This document shows positions 20,472 to 32,365 of a DNA stretch of 64,000 nt, piece after piece (position 1 is the stretch's first letter; the number at the start of each line of letters is the position of its first letter). Where the stretch lies: NCBI GenBank assembly GCA_965206705.1, contig CBDBKJ010000004.1, positions 1,114,703 to 1,178,702 on the forward strand. Reading direction: 5' to 3'. The DNA comes from Vicinamibacterales bacterium (GTDB taxonomy: Bacteria; Acidobacteriota; Vicinamibacteria; Vicinamibacterales; UBA8438). Both the position numbers and the translations under genes were made by a program. The notes beneath the pieces were generated by a model that had not been told where the DNA came from, did not search any database, and was given only the letters and a program-made list of their open reading frames with translations.

Positions 20472-23400
20472 ATGCGTCCAACCCCGTTCCTGATCGCAGT
20501 AGCGTTCGTGTCAATCACCCAGCCTGGTCCGACGGCCCAGGACGCCGGCGAAGCGTCCGCGTCGCCGGACCTCCCGCTGGAGCCAGCGCGGACCCTGTCG
20601 CTCGACACCGACGAGGGCTCGTGGATCTCGGTCGACGTCAGCCCGGACGGCGGGACCATCGTCTTTGACCTGCTCGGCGACCTCTACACCATCCCCTTCG
20701 TCGGCGGCGACGCCACGCCCCTCACCGAGGGGATGGCCTACGACAGCCAGCCGCGCTACAGCCCGGACGGGTCGCAGGTGCTCTTCGTCTCGGACCGGGA
20801 CGGGTCGGAGAACCTGTGGCTGATCGACGTCGAGTCGAAGGCGCCCCGGCAGGTGACGGACACGCCGGCCGACAACTACGAGTCGCCGGACTGGCTGCCC
20901 GACGGCGACTACGTCGTCGCCGCGGCCGGGACGGGCGCGCTGGCCGGAGGCGACCGGCGCAACCCCAAGCTGTGGATGTGGCACGTCGACGGCAGCACCG
21001 GCATCCAGCTCATCGACGAGCCCGCGTCGCGCCGCATCGCGGGACCGGCCCCGGCGCCCGACGGCCGGCGCATCTGGTTCGCGCGGCGCGAGCGCCTGTG
21101 GCAGTACAACGCGATCTTCCCGCAGTATCAGCTCGCGGTGTACGACCGGGAGACCGGCGAGCAGTACGTGCGGACGTCGCGCTACGGCTCGGCTCTGCGC
21201 CCGACCGTCTCGCCCGACGGCGCGTGGCTGGTCTACGGCACGCGGCACGAGGACCAGACGGGGCTGCGGCTGCGCGAGCTCGCGTCGGGCGACGAGCGCT
21301 GGCTGGCCTATCCGGTTCAGCGCGACGACCAGGAGTCGGTGGCGGGCGCCGACGTGCTGCCCGGCATGTCCTTCACGCCCGACTCGTCGGAGCTCGTGGT
21401 CTCCTACGGCGGGAAGATCTGGCGTGTCCCCCTGGCCGAGGGGGCCGAACCGCTCCCGGTGCCGTTCCGGGTGCGGACCGAGCTCGATATCGGACCGGAG
21501 CTGGCGTTCAAGTACCCGGTCGATGACGCCGCGCGGTTCACGGTGCGACAGATCCGCGACGCGGCGCCGTCGCCGGACGGGACGACGCTGGCGTTCGCGG
21601 CCCTCGACCGCCTCTACGTGCGGCCGATCCCGGACGGCGAGCCGCGGCGGCTCACCGACCTCGACATCGTGGAGGCGCAGCCGGCGTGGTCTCCCGACGG
21701 CGCCTGGATCGCCTTCGTCACGTGGTCGCCCGAGGGCGGCCACCTCTACAAGGTGCGGGCCGACGGCAGCGCGCCGCCGGTGCGGCTGACGACCCGCCCC
21801 GCCGTCTTCCAGCACCCGGCGTGGTCGCCGGACGGCGAGCGGCTCGCCGCCATCCAGGGGCCGGCCCGCAGCTTCCGCGAGGCGGCGTGGCAGATGCCGC
21901 CCGCCGCCGGCGCCAACATCGTCTCGATTCCGGCCGGCGGCGGCGACTGGACGCTGGTGGCGCCGACCGACGGGCGCACGTTCCCGCACGCGACGACCGA
22001 CCCCGACCGCATCTTCCTGTATCACCGCGACGACGGCCTGGTGTCGATCCGCTGGGACGGGACGGACGAGAAGGCGCACGTGAAGGTGAACGGACCGGCG
22101 CAGACGGGCGGCGGCGACCCCACCGCGGCGTCCCTGGTGCTGATGGCGCCGTCGGGCGACCGGGCCCTCGCCCAGGTCCGCCTCGACCTCTACGCGCTGG
22201 CCGTGCCCTACGTGGGGGGCGAGACGCCGGTGGTGTCGGTGGCCGACCCCGCCCGCGCCAGCGTGCCGGTCCGGAAGCTGACCGACGTGGGCGGGCAGTT
22301 CCCCGCGTGGAGCACCGACGGCCGGCGCGCGCACTGGTCGATCGGCAACGCCCACTTCATCTACGACCTCGACGACGCGGAGGCGGCCGAGGAGGCGGCG
22401 CGCGCGGCGGAGGCGGCAGAGGCGGCAGAGGCCGGCGGCGGGGACGGCCGGGACCGCGGCGACCCGGACGGAGGCGACCAGGACGGCAGCGACCAGGACG
22501 GCAGCGACCCGGACGGCAGCGACCCGGACGACGGTGACCAGGGCGGCAGTGACCAGGACGGCAGTGACCAGGACGACGGTGACCAGGATGGCGGCGACAG
22601 TCATCACGAGGACGAGACGGGCCAGGACGACGAAGAAACCGGCGCTGTCGAAGACGAGGAAGGCGAGGACGACACAAGCGCGGACGGGACGGGCCTGGAC
22701 GGGGAGGAGACCGGCGCCGCTGGAGGCGAAGACGACGAGGACGCCCCCACCTACGAGCCGGTCGAGATCCGCGTGGTCGTCGACGCCGAGCGCGACATCC
22801 CCGACGGCTCCGCGGTGCTGCGCGGCGGGCGGGTCGTCACGATGCGCGGCGACGAGTTGCTGGAGGACGCCGACGTCGTCGTCCAGGGGAACCGCATTCT
22901 CGCGGTCGGCCCCCGCGGCGCGGTGGAGCTCCCCGACACCGCTCGCATCATCGACCTCCCCGGGACGACCATCGTCCCCGGCTTCGTCGACACCCACGCC
23001 CACATGCGCCCGAGCTTCGGCGTCCACAAGACGCAGCCGTGGACCTACCTCGCCAACCTCGCCTACGGGGTCACGACGACGCGCGACCCGCAGACCGCCA
23101 CCACCGACGTGCTGACCTACGGCGACCTCGTGGAGACCGGCGGCATCGTGGGCCCGCGCATCTACTCGACCGGGCCGGGCGTCTTCAACGCCGAGCAGAT
23201 CGAGGACCTCGACCACGCGCGGCGCGTGCTGAAGCGCTACAGCGAGTATTACGACACGCAGACCATCAAGATGTACATGTCGGGCAACCGGCAGCAGCGC
23301 CAGTGGATCGTCATGGCCGCGAAAGAGCAGGGGCTGCTGCCGACCACCGAGGCCGGGCTCGACATGAAGTACGACCTCGAGATGATCATCGACGGCTACC

Positions 23401-24083
23401 CGGGGCTGGAGAACTCGTTCCCCATCTTCCCGCTCTACCGCGACGTCGTGGACCTCGCCGCCCTGACCCGCATCGCCTACACGCCGACCCTGCTCGTGTC
23501 CTTCGGCGGGCCGTTCGGCGAGAACTGGTTCTTCACCCGCGAGAACCCCCACGACGACCCGAAGCTGCGCCGCTTCGTCCCCCACGCCACCCTCGACCGG
23601 CTGACGCGCCGGCGCGGAGCCGGAGTCGACGCGGGGCCCGGCGGCTGGTTCCGCGAGGAGGAGTACGTCTTCCGCCAGCACGCCGAGGGGGTGAAGGCCA
23701 TCGTCGAGGCGGGCGGGCTGGCCGGGGTCGGCAGCCACGGGCAGCTCCAGGGCCTCGGCTACCACTGGGAGCTGTGGGCGATGCAGTCGGGCGGCCTGTC
23801 CGAGCACGACGCACTGCGCGTCGCCACCGCGCTCGGGGCGGAGGCCGTCGGCCTCGACGGCGACCTCGGCTCCATCGAGCCCGGCAAGCTCGCGGACCTG
23901 GTCGTCCTGAACGCCAACCCGCTCGACGACATCCGGAACACCAACCGCATCCGCTACGTGATGAAGAACGGCCGCCTCTACGACGCCGACACCCTCGACG
24001 AACGGCGGCCGCGCGAGCGGCCGCTCGGCACGCCGGTGTGGCTGGGCGACGACCCCGACGGCGTAGCCGCCGGGATCCGGTAG
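20472..24083 (+). CDS. Secreted amidohydrolase with TolB-like (PD40) beta-propeller repeats
   Basis: Repeated SPDG motifs; PGFVDTHAH, GSHGQLQG and GSIEPGKLADLVVL. Confidence 0.9.
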   Translation: MRPTPFLIAVAFVSITQPGPTAQDAGEASASPDLPLEPARTLSLDTDEGSWISVDVSPDGGTIVFDLLGDLYTIPFVGGDATPLTEGMAYDSQPRYSPDGSQVLFVSDRDGSENLWLIDVESKAPRQVTDTPADNYESPDWLPDGDYVVAAAGTGALAGGDRRNPKLWMWHVDGSTGIQLIDEPASRRIAGPAPAPDGRRIWFARRERLWQYNAIFPQYQLAVYDRETGEQYVRTSRYGSALRPTVSPDGAWLVYGTRHEDQTGLRLRELASGDERWLAYPVQRDDQESVAGADVLPGMSFTPDSSELVVSYGGKIWRVPLAEGAEPLPVPFRVRTELDIGPELAFKYPVDDAARFTVRQIRDAAPSPDGTTLAFAALDRLYVRPIPDGEPRRLTDLDIVEAQPAWSPDGAWIAFVTWSPEGGHLYKVRADGSAPPVRLTTRPAVFQHPAWSPDGERLAAIQGPARSFREAAWQMPPAAGANIVSIPAGGGDWTLVAPTDGRTFPHATTDPDRIFLYHRDDGLVSIRWDGTDEKAHVKVNGPAQTGGGDPTAASLVLMAPSGDRALAQVRLDLYALAVPYVGGETPVVSVADPARASVPVRKLTDVGGQFPAWSTDGRRAHWSIGNAHFIYDLDDAEAAEEAARAAEAAEAAEAGGGDGRDRGDPDGGDQDGSDQDGSDPDGSDPDDGDQGGSDQDGSDQDDGDQDGGDSHHEDETGQDDEETGAVEDEEGEDDTSADGTGLDGEETGAAGGEDDEDAPTYEPVEIRVVVDAERDIPDGSAVLRGGRVVTMRGDELLEDADVVVQGNRILAVGPRGAVELPDTARIIDLPGTTIVPGFVDTHAHMRPSFGVHKTQPWTYLANLAYGVTTTRDPQTATTDVLTYGDLVETGGIVGPRIYSTGPGVFNAEQIEDLDHARRVLKRYSEYYDTQTIKMYMSGNRQQRQWIVMAAKEQGLLPTTEAGLDMKYDLEMIIDGYPGLENSFPIFPLYRDVVDLAALTRIAYTPTLLVSFGGPFGENWFFTRENPHDDPKLRRFVPHATLDRLTRRRGAGVDAGPGGWFREEEYVFRQHAEGVKAIVEAGGLAGVGSHGQLQGLGYHWELWAMQSGGLSEHDALRVATALGAEAVGLDGDLGSIEPGKLADLVVLNANPLDDIRNTNRIRYVMKNGRLYDADTLDERRPRERPLGTPVWLGDDPDGVAAGIR
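22461..22595 (+). repeat. 15-bp coding tandem repeat x9 (GACCAGGACGGCAGC-like, DQDGS)
   Basis: Nine imperfect units counted directly inside the acidic linker. Confidence 0.9.
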
Positions 24084-24272
24084 CTTCAGTCGGGGACCGC
24101 GGCGAGCGAAACGCGGACCGGGAAGCCCGGTGGAAACTGCATTGTCGTACCCGGACGTGCCGGCACCGCCATCATGGGCTGCACCTCGCCAAGTCGACAA
24201 ATCAATACCGATCGCTGCTCCAAGCGGACCGCTCGGGCGTTCTCACGGTGACCGGCGGGTCGGGGACGCCGG

Positions 24273-25838
24273 TCAGAGACGCTGTGCGCCGAACCGCCCG
24301 TTCTCGACCACGAAAGACGCCCGCGTGGAGATCGGGCTGCCGGGCCGGGTGACGTACTCCAGGACCTGGTAGTCGGCCCGGCATCGCTCCGGGGTCAGAT
24401 CGCAGCGCACGTAGCCGCGCTGGCCGTTGAAGAACCGGACCCCCGGGTTCTCCACGAGCAGGGCGGCGGTGGAGTCGCGGGTATCGAGCCCGTCGCCGCC
24501 GGAGCTGATGGAAGTGCCGACGAACTCGGTTCCCACCACCGGCGCGGCGGGATCCTGGTAGCCCACCTTGAGGTCGGTGACCCAGTTGCTGTGGATGTCG
24601 CCAGTCAGGACGACGGGGTTCGCGGGCCGGCGGGTCGCGAGGAACTCCATGAGCCGGCGGCGGGCGACCTCGTAGCCGGACCAGACGTCCATGGAAACGG
24701 ACTCGTCGACGCCGGGTGTGTAGTCGATCCGCGCCATCATGATCTGCTGCGGGATGACGTTCCAGCGCGCGGTCGAGCGGTCGAGCCCGTCCATCAGCCA
24801 GCGCTCCTGCGTCTCGCCCAGCAGGGTTGCGGCCGGGTCGTTGATCCCGTCGCAGACTGCCCCGCGACGGTCGCCGCACGGCTGGTCGGTGCGGTACTGC
24901 CGCGTGTCGAGGACGTGGAACGAGGCAAGGTCGCCCCACGCGAAGGCGCGGTAGAGCTGCAGGTCGGGACCGTTCGGCAGGGACGACCGGCGCAGGGGCA
25001 TGTGCTCGTAGTACGCCTGGTACGCGACGGCACGGCGCCGGAGCAACAGCTCGGCCGGCAGCCCCACCTCCTCCGACACGGCGTTCGCGTAGTTGTTGTC
25101 CACCTCGTGGTCGTCCCACGTCACCACCCACGGGAACGCCGCGTGCGCCGCCTGCAGGTCCGGGTCGCTTCGATAGAGCGCGTACCGGTTGCGGTAGTCG
25201 TCGAGCAGCTCGATCTCGTCGCCGGTGTGCTTGCGCACCCGCCCGTCGCGGCCTTCGTACTCGTAGATGTAGTCGCCGAGATGGAAGACGAGGTCGAGGT
25301 CGTCCTCGGCCATGTGGCGGTACGCCGTGAAGTACCCCTGCTCGTAGTGCTGGCACGAGGCGAAGGCGAACCGCAGACGGTCGGCGGCGGCGCCAGCCGC
25401 CGGGAGGGTGCGGGTCCGGCCGACGGTGCTCTCGTCGGCGCCGGCGCGGAACCGGTACCAGTACCAGCGCCCCGGCTCGAGCCCGTCCACCTCGACGTGC
25501 ACGGTGTGCCCCAGCGCTTCGCGGGCGACGCTCGTGCCGCGCTGGACGACGTCGGCCATCCGCTCGTCCCGCGCCACCTCCCAGACCACCTCCACGTCTT
25601 CCGGGGGCATGCCGCCGCCGTGCAGCGGGTCGAGGGCCAGCCGCGTCCAGAGGACGACGCCGTCCGAAGTGGGATCGCCCGACGCGACGCCGAGCGGAAA
25701 CGCGGAAGGCTGGAAGAGAGACCGGCCCGAGGTGCGTCGGGCAGCCCCGAGTCCAAGCAGAGCCAGACCCCCGGTCAGCAGATCGCGGCGGTCCAACCGA
25801 CGTTGGAGCAACGAGTCGAAACGGACTTGATTGGTCAT
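24273..25838 (-). CDS. phoD: Alkaline phosphatase D (Tat-exported)
   Basis: RRDLL Tat motif, [31 protein letters not shown] and LTGDIH. Confidence 0.93.
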   Translation of the reverse strand: MTNQVRFDSLLQRRLDRRDLLTGGLALLGLGAARRTSGRSLFQPSAFPLGVASGDPTSDGVVLWTRLALDPLHGGGMPPEDVEVVWEVARDERMADVVQRGTSVAREALGHTVHVEVDGLEPGRWYWYRFRAGADESTVGRTRTLPAAGAAADRLRFAFASCQHYEQGYFTAYRHMAEDDLDLVFHLGDYIYEYEGRDGRVRKHTGDEIELLDDYRNRYALYRSDPDLQAAHAAFPWVVTWDDHEVDNNYANAVSEEVGLPAELLLRRRAVAYQAYYEHMPLRRSSLPNGPDLQLYRAFAWGDLASFHVLDTRQYRTDQPCGDRRGAVCDGINDPAATLLGETQERWLMDGLDRSTARWNVIPQQIMMARIDYTPGVDESVSMDVWSGYEVARRRLMEFLATRRPANPVVLTGDIHSNWVTDLKVGYQDPAAPVVGTEFVGTSISSGGDGLDTRDSTAALLVENPGVRFFNGQRGYVRCDLTPERCRADYQVLEYVTRPGSPISTRASFVVENGRFGAQRL

Positions 25839-25924
25839 CACCTGTCCTCCGTTGCCGACGGTTCCGGATGCGCGTGTCGAGATTATGGCGCGTTCCGTCG
25901 CGGCCCGCACCTCGGGATGCGGCG

Positions 25925-26054
25925 AGTCCAGGCGGATCCCGCCACGTACCTGGCTGTCCCCGTGCTGTTCGCCCTGCTCGCGGGGCTCGCCGCCTATCTT
26001 CCCGCGCGCCGCGCGACCGCGCTCGACCCGGCGGCGGTGCTGCGGGCGGAGTAG
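25925..26054 (+). pseudogene. 3' remnant of an ADOP/MacB-type ABC permease
   Basis: [39 protein letters not shown]-stop with no upstream gene body. Confidence 0.7.
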
Positions 26055-26157
26055 TGCGGGACCGACCACGCCAGCCGGCAAACGCCTCTGCAGGTCATCA
26101 TGGTACAGCCGTGCTTGTCGCCGACGGCGCGGCCGGCAACCGGCAGGGGGTCGGATC

Positions 26158-26904
26158 CTACATGCGCCGGAACAGGTGCCCGTAGGCGGCGCTCACCCGC
26201 AGCACCTCCGGGCGCTCCTTCAGCGTCAGGCGATAGCGGCCGCGCAGATCGCGGCGCGCCGCCTCGATCGCGGTGACATTGACGATGCCGCCGCGGTGGA
26301 TCCGCCAGAACCGCCCGGGATCGAGGCGCGCCACGAGCTCGGCGATCGGCGTGCGGACCAGATGCTCCCGGTCGCGCGTCAGCGCCGCAGTGTACTTGCG
26401 GTCGGATCGAAAGAAGCAGACGTCTTCGACGGCGACGAGCTCGACCCGCTCGCCCTGTCCGACCCGCAGCCAGTGCAGGTACTCGGGCGTGTCGGCAAGG
26501 CGGCGGATCAACGATTCGAGGGCCCGCGGATCCGGTTCGCCGCGGTTCCCGCCGGCCTGCCGCCGCTTCAGACGGTCCACTGTTTCCTGCAGGCGTGACC
26601 CGAGCACGGGCTTGACGAGATAGTCCACCGCCGCCCGCTCGAACGCCTCCACGGCATGGGTGTCGTACGCCGTCACGAACACGACGGCGGTGTCCGGGCC
26701 GGCGCGCCGCGCGACGTCGAGGCCCGAGGGCGGCGGCATGCGGATGTCCAGGAAGGCGACGTCCGGCCGCAGACGTTCGATGGCCTCGAGGGCCGCCGTG
26801 CCATCCCCGACCGACGCCACGATCCCCAGCTCCGGCCAGATGTCCGCGAGCAGGCGTTCGAGCTCGACCCGCAGCGCCGGCTCGTCGTCGGCGATCAACG
26901 CACG
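26158..26904 (-). CDS. LytTR family response regulator (start region damaged)
   Basis: [28 protein letters not shown] and [11 protein letters not shown]. Confidence 0.88.
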   Translation of the reverse strand, partial: RALIADDEPALRVELERLLADIWPELGIVASVGDGTAALEAIERLRPDVAFLDIRMPPPSGLDVARRAGPDTAVVFVTAYDTHAVEAFERAAVDYLVKPVLGSRLQETVDRLKRRQAGGNRGEPDPRALESLIRRLADTPEYLHWLRVGQGERVELVAVEDVCFFRSDRKYTAALTRDREHLVRTPIAELVARLDPGRFWRIHRGGIVNVTAIEAARRDLRGRYRLTLKERPEVLRVSAAYGHLFRRM

Positions 26905-27371
26905 CGCAGCTCGGCTTCCGCCAACGCCTTGTCGCGGGCCAGCGCATCCCGCCTCGCGCGCTCGAGGCGGTTCCGCACCTCCCACAAACGCTCGACCGCG
27001 ATGGAGCCGGCGAGGCCCACACCGCTCAGCAGGACGCCGATCAGCAGGAACACGTTGCTGCCCAGCAGGAACAAGGGGTGGCCATCGAGGAAGACGCCGC
27101 CAAGGGCGAGACCGAGGACCATCCCGCACGCCGTCGCGACGGTCCCGGCCGCCCAGCGCGGCAGCCACGGAGGTCCGTGCCGGTCCGCGAACAGGTTGAA
27201 GGCGTGGATCGAGAACCCGATGCCGTAGCTGGTCGCGAAGTATGCCGGCTCCAACGCCTCGCACATCGCCAGGCTCAGCACGGCGCCGACCAGCGTGCAG
27301 AATGCCGCGTTGAGCGCCCACCCCCAGCCCGCCGGATGCTCGCGAATCGATGCCTTCAGCCACGCCGTCAT
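26895..27371 (-). pseudogene. LytS-type sensor kinase, membrane part only
   Basis: Transmembrane helices and coiled coil ending ALAEAELR; no LQAQIxPHF or ATPase domain. Confidence 0.75.
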
Positions 27372-27373
27372 GG

Positions 27374-29721
27374 TCAGAACTCGAGCTCGAAACCGCCCAC
27401 CGGGAGAAGGCCCCACTGCGTGGCGCGGTGCGGACGATTGTCGTCCGCGTCCCAGTAGTAATGGAAGACATTGTCGCGGTTGTACACGTTGAGCACGCTG
27501 AAGAAGCTGACCAGGGTGACGCTCCGGAGGTGCCGGCGGTGGTCGAAGCGCAGATCGAGGCGATGGTAGGCGGCGTGGCGCTCGGCGTTGATCCGCTCGC
27601 GCCGCACGACGCCGGCGCCCGCCCGCGCCGACAGCACGGGGTCGAAGGGCGAGTAGGGTCGCCCGCCGGCGTACCGCCACCTCCCGCTGAACTCGAAGCG
27701 GTCGTTGGGGCGGTAGCCGACCATCACCGACGCGACGTGCCGGTGGTCGAACGTCCGGTTGCGCTCGACCCCGGTCCCGTCCGTATAGCGGGACACCGCG
27801 TAGGCGTAGCTCACCAGACCGTAGACGTCCTGCGCCAGCTTCTTCCGGATCAGGCCCTCGACCCGTGCGACCGCGCCCGGCCGCCGCCGACCAGGCGCCC
27901 CGGCGCGGGCGTCCTGAAGTCGGCGAACTGATCGAGGACGAGAGCGGTCGGATCGTCCGGGTCGAACGGCAGCTGGCGGTAGTCCTTGCGGTACGCCTCG
28001 ACGCTCAGAAGCGTGCTCGGGGTCAGGCGCCGCCGCACCCCGGCCACGTAGTGATTGGCGCGCTGGTCGTCGAGGCGGCGGTTGTCCGGATGCTGGACGA
28101 GGAGCCACGCCGGAAGCGTCTGGCGGTAGACGCCGGCCGCGGCGGTGAGCGTCGTGCGCGGGTCGAGGTCATAGGCCAGTCCCAGGCGCGGCGACCAGGC
28201 GCCCCGCCGGTTGAGCGTGAAGTAGTCGAAGCGGCCCCCGAGCGTCGCGGTGAGACGAGGGCCGACCGATTGCTCCACCGAGGCGAAGGCGCCGGTCTTG
28301 TGCCCCGTCAGAGATACGCGCACGTCGAGCCGCTCGCCGCGCGTGCCGAGGCGCGTGCGGTCGGACCGCGCGAACAGGTCGAAGTCGCCGGACAGCCGGC
28401 GCGCCGTCACGCCCCAGGCCAGCGCGGTGCCGGCGCGGGGCCGGTAGCGCCAGTGGCTGCGCAGCACCACCTCCTGCTCGCGGGACTCGTTCTCGAACAG
28501 GGTCCGCGTCTCGTTCTCCGCCGCTTCCGTGACGTGCACTCCGTGATGCGCGCGGGTACGGGCGACCGAGGTCTCCGCATACCCGTTGCCGCTCCACAGC
28601 CAGCGCCAGTTGAGCCCGCCGACGTACTGCCTGGCGCGGGAGACGACCTCGGCGTCCTCCCGGTCGTCGAGCGAGAGGTCGATGGCGTCCAGGCCACCCA
28701 GGCCGAGCACCTGCAGCCGATGCGTCGGGCTGACGTCGACCGTCGCCATGCCCTGGAAGTCGCCGTACCTCGGCACGGCGCCACCGGTGCCGATGGCGCC
28801 GACGACCCCGGCGATGAGCTCGAGATAGCTGCGTCTCGCCGACAGCGCCCACGACCCGCGCCCACGGGCCAGCGGCCCCTCCAGCAGGAGCCCGGCGCCG
28901 GCCATGCTCGCGGAGACCTCGGCGTCGAGCCCGGAACGGTTGCCCTCGCGCTGGGTGACGACCATCACCGACGAGAGCCGGTCGCCGTGCTCGACCCCGA
29001 AGCCGCCCGCGGAGAAGCTGACGTCGGCGATCAGGTCGGTGTTGAGCAGGCCGATCACGCCGCCCGACGCCCCCTGGGTCGGAAAGTGGTTGATGTTCGG
29101 AATCTCGATGTTGTCGACCACGGTGAGGTGCTCGCCCGGACTGCCGCCCCGGACGATGAGGTCGTTGCGCTGATCGGTGGCCATGCCCACGCTCGGCAGC
29201 ACCTGCAGCATCCGGCTGACGTCGCCGGCCGAGCCCGGCGCCCGCCGGATCTCCTCGAAGCTGAAGCTCACCGTGCCGACCGCCGCCTCCTCTTCCGCGG
29301 AGAAGTAGTCGGCGGTGACGTCGACGACCTCGCGCACGGTCGGGGCGGCCTCGTCGAGCGCCACCGCCAGCGGCGTGACGCGGTCCGGCCGCACGACGAC
29401 GTCGTGCAGGATCGCCGACTCGTAGCCGATCAGCACTATCTGCACGCGATGCAGCCCGGCCGGCACGCCGCCCAGCGTGAAGCGGCCGTCGCCGCCCGTG
29501 ACCGTGGCGACGCCGCGGTCGAGGACCACGACGGCGGCCGTGGCCAGCGGCCGGCGTGTGGCGGCGTCGAGAACCTGGCCGTGGATGCTGCCGGTGCGGT
29601 TCGCCTCCTGTGCGTGCGCCGCGACGACCCCGGCGAGCAGCGCCGCGACGAGGCAGACGCGCCGGAGCGTCAGAGGGGCACGCCGACCGGGACTCCTGTT
29701 GCAGGCGCCGATGCCGGACAT
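27374..29721 (-). pseudogene. TonB-dependent receptor, frameshift near 27860
   Basis: Carboxypeptidase-like N-domain, plug motif LIVRGGSPGE, C-terminal ...GFELEF in a second frame. Confidence 0.85.
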
Positions 29722-29939
29722 GGACTCACGGTAGCCGAGCTCGGCAGGGCGGGGAACCCGCAGGCGACGAGGATGCCGTCAGGCGGAACGAAACGAGCCT
29801 GACGCGGAATGAATTCGATCAGCGTTGAGGCCGGGCGCGCCCTCATGACGAGCCGGATGTCGCCTTCTCGCGGTCACGGCCGGTCGCTTTCCTGGGCGCG
29901 CGCGCCGCTCAGGATGAGAGGCATGCTGTAGTTGCCCTC

Positions 29940-31803
29940 GTGGCAGGCGTTCTCGAAGACGGGGCCGGCGGCGCGGGTGATCGGGAACGTCACCGTCCAG
30001 GGGCCGGCGAACGACTCGGGGGCAACCAGGCGTTCCTCGCCTTCGGGGGGACCGGCAACTGGTCGACGCTGTCGACGGGGGTGCGGGGGCTCTACTCGGC
30101 CTTCTGGAACCGCTTCGGGGGCGCGACGCCGATCGCTGGCATCGGCATCTCCCGGGAAGGTCCCGGTGGCGAATCGTTACCGCGCTCGAAGCGCACTGCT
30201 CGACGAGGAGCTGTTCGACGACGAGTACGTCCGCCGGTTCACCAACGCGCCGTTCCTGGTGCGGCTCGGCGAGGGCGGCTACGACCTCGAGGGGGCGTCG
30301 CGGAGCTGGCCGGCGGGCGGCGAGACGCTGCCGGTCGATCTGCGCGACCTGCGGCTGTTGACCAACGGCGGCAGCGGCCCGGGGAGCTTCGTCGTCTGGG
30401 ACGAGCGCGGCGGACGGCCGGTCCCTGCCGACACGCCGGGCGCGCGGGCCGCCCTGCGCGGCAGCTACACCATCGACGGCGTCCGCTACCAGCCGGTCCT
30501 CGAGTGGATGCGCGCCATCGCCGCGCGCTACACGCCCGAAGTCGTGCACCGCATCACCGGCGCCCCGCCCGACTCGATCGCGGCGCTGACGCGCGAGTAC
30601 GCGGCGGTCAAGCCGGCCGCAATCATCCAGAACATGGCCGGCGCGCAGCGCACCGACCACGGGACCCTGACCGTCATCGGCCACCTCTACCTGGCCTCGC
30701 TCACCGGCAACGTCGGGCTGCTCGGCGGCGGCGTCAACGACAACGGCGGCTACCTGAGCGAGGGCGGCACCATCAACCCGCCGGTGCCGCTGCAGCGCAA
30801 CCCGCGCGTCGACGGCATCCCCGCCACCAAGCTCGGCGAGTACCTGGTCGAGCGCAAGCCACATCCCATCCGCGCCATCCACGTGGCGGGCACCGGGGTG
30901 CTCACGCAGTACCCGAACACCCGCAAGATCATCGCGGGGCTCGACAACATCGATCTGATGGTCGTGCAGGACATCTTCATGACCACGACGGCGCGCTACG
31001 CCGACTTCGTCCTGCCGGTGACCACCCTCTTCGAAACCCGCAACCTGCTGGCCGGCATCCGCAGCCGCTACATCCAGCTCATGTCGCAGGCCATCGAGCC
31101 GCTGTTCGAGTCGCGCTCCGACCGCTGGATCATGACCGAGCTGGCGAAGCGGCTCGGTTTCGGCGACGACTTCGACAAGCCCGACGACGAGCTGCTGCGG
31201 CACGTGCTCGAGCCGACCGGGGTGAGCCTGGAACAGCTCGAAGAGGGGCCGGTCAATCCCATGCCCGACCCGTGGGTCCCGTTCGCCGACAAGAAGTTCA
31301 ACACGCCGTCGGGCCGCATCGAGTTCTTCTCGCTGTACCTCCAGGAGAGGGGCTTCGACCCGCTGCTCGAGTACCTGCACCCGGTCGAGGCGCCCTGGGT
31401 GGACACGACGCGGGCCGCGCGCTACCCGCTGCAGCTCATCAACCGCAAGAACCACAACCACGTGAACTCGAGCTTCCACCACCACGACTTCCTGACCGAA
31501 ATCTGGGCCAGCCAGGTGCTGCAGATCCACCCCGAGGACGCCAAGTCGCGCGGCATCGAGGACGGCGCGCGCATCCGCGTCTTCAACGACCGCGGGGAGA
31601 TCGAGGCGATGGCGCAGGTGACGCGCGGCATCATGGCCGGCGTGGTCAGCGTCACTACCGGCTGGGGCGGCGTCAACGAGAAGCAGACGGCCAGCATCCT
31701 GAGCCCCGACAAGTACGAGCCGATTTCACTCGGCCACACGCTGAACTCGTCGATGGTGGACGTCGCCAGGGGGAACGCGGCATCCAAGGGAGACGCGGCA
31801 TGA
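29940..31803 (+). pseudogene. Molybdopterin oxidoreductase catalytic subunit (DmsA-like) with 5' deletions
   Basis: VVQDIFMTTTARYADFVLPV, NTPSGRIEF and IHPEDA..RGIEDG; no Tat signal or FS0 cysteines; an N-terminal scrap sits in another frame. Confidence 0.8.
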
Positions 31804-32354
31804 GCAAGCAGGTAGCGTTCTTCTTCGACGCCAATCGCTGCACCGGCTGCCGCACCTGCGAGGTCGCGTGCAAGGTCGAGAACGGGGTCGAGCTGGGTCC
31901 GCGGTGGCGCAAGGTGCGGACGGTGGAGGGCGACGACAACGGCGGGCCGTACATGTACCACGTGTCGATGTCGTGCAACCACTGCGAGGTGCCGGTGTGC
32001 GCCGAGGCCTGCCCCTCGGGGGCCATCACGAAGCGGCCCGACGGCATCGTCATCGTCGACGAGAGCAAGTGCATCGGCGCCCGTCTCTGCGCCTGGGCGT
32101 GTCCCTACGACGCGCCGCAGTTCAGCGAAGAGACCGGCAAGATGGAGAAGTGCAACTTCTGCTCGCACCGCATCGACGCGGGCACCGGCGGGCCGGCCTG
32201 CGCCGAGGCGTGCCCGACCAAGGCCTTGCAGTGGGGCACCCTTGACGAGGTGGCCGCGAAGCAGGGGGCCACCGACCAGTTCGGACCGCTGCCCGACGCC
32301 GACATCACCAAGCCGGCGATCCGCTTCATCCCCCTCAAGCTCGTCCGCGCCTGA
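31800..32354 (+). CDS. 4Fe-4S iron-sulfur subunit (DmsB-like)
   Basis: CTGCRTCEVAC, CNHCEVPVCAEACP, KCNFC...CAEACP. Confidence 0.92.
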   Translation: MSKQVAFFFDANRCTGCRTCEVACKVENGVELGPRWRKVRTVEGDDNGGPYMYHVSMSCNHCEVPVCAEACPSGAITKRPDGIVIVDESKCIGARLCAWACPYDAPQFSEETGKMEKCNFCSHRIDAGTGGPACAEACPTKALQWGTLDEVAAKQGATDQFGPLPDADITKPAIRFIPLKLVRA

Positions 32355-32365
32355 CCGCGCCCCGG

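Noticed and set aside
20511-24200. 1229-aa minus-strand ORF and similar long antisense ORFs (for example 11128..13533, 27865..29802)
   Set aside because: Shadow frames of real GC-rich genes; no motifs.
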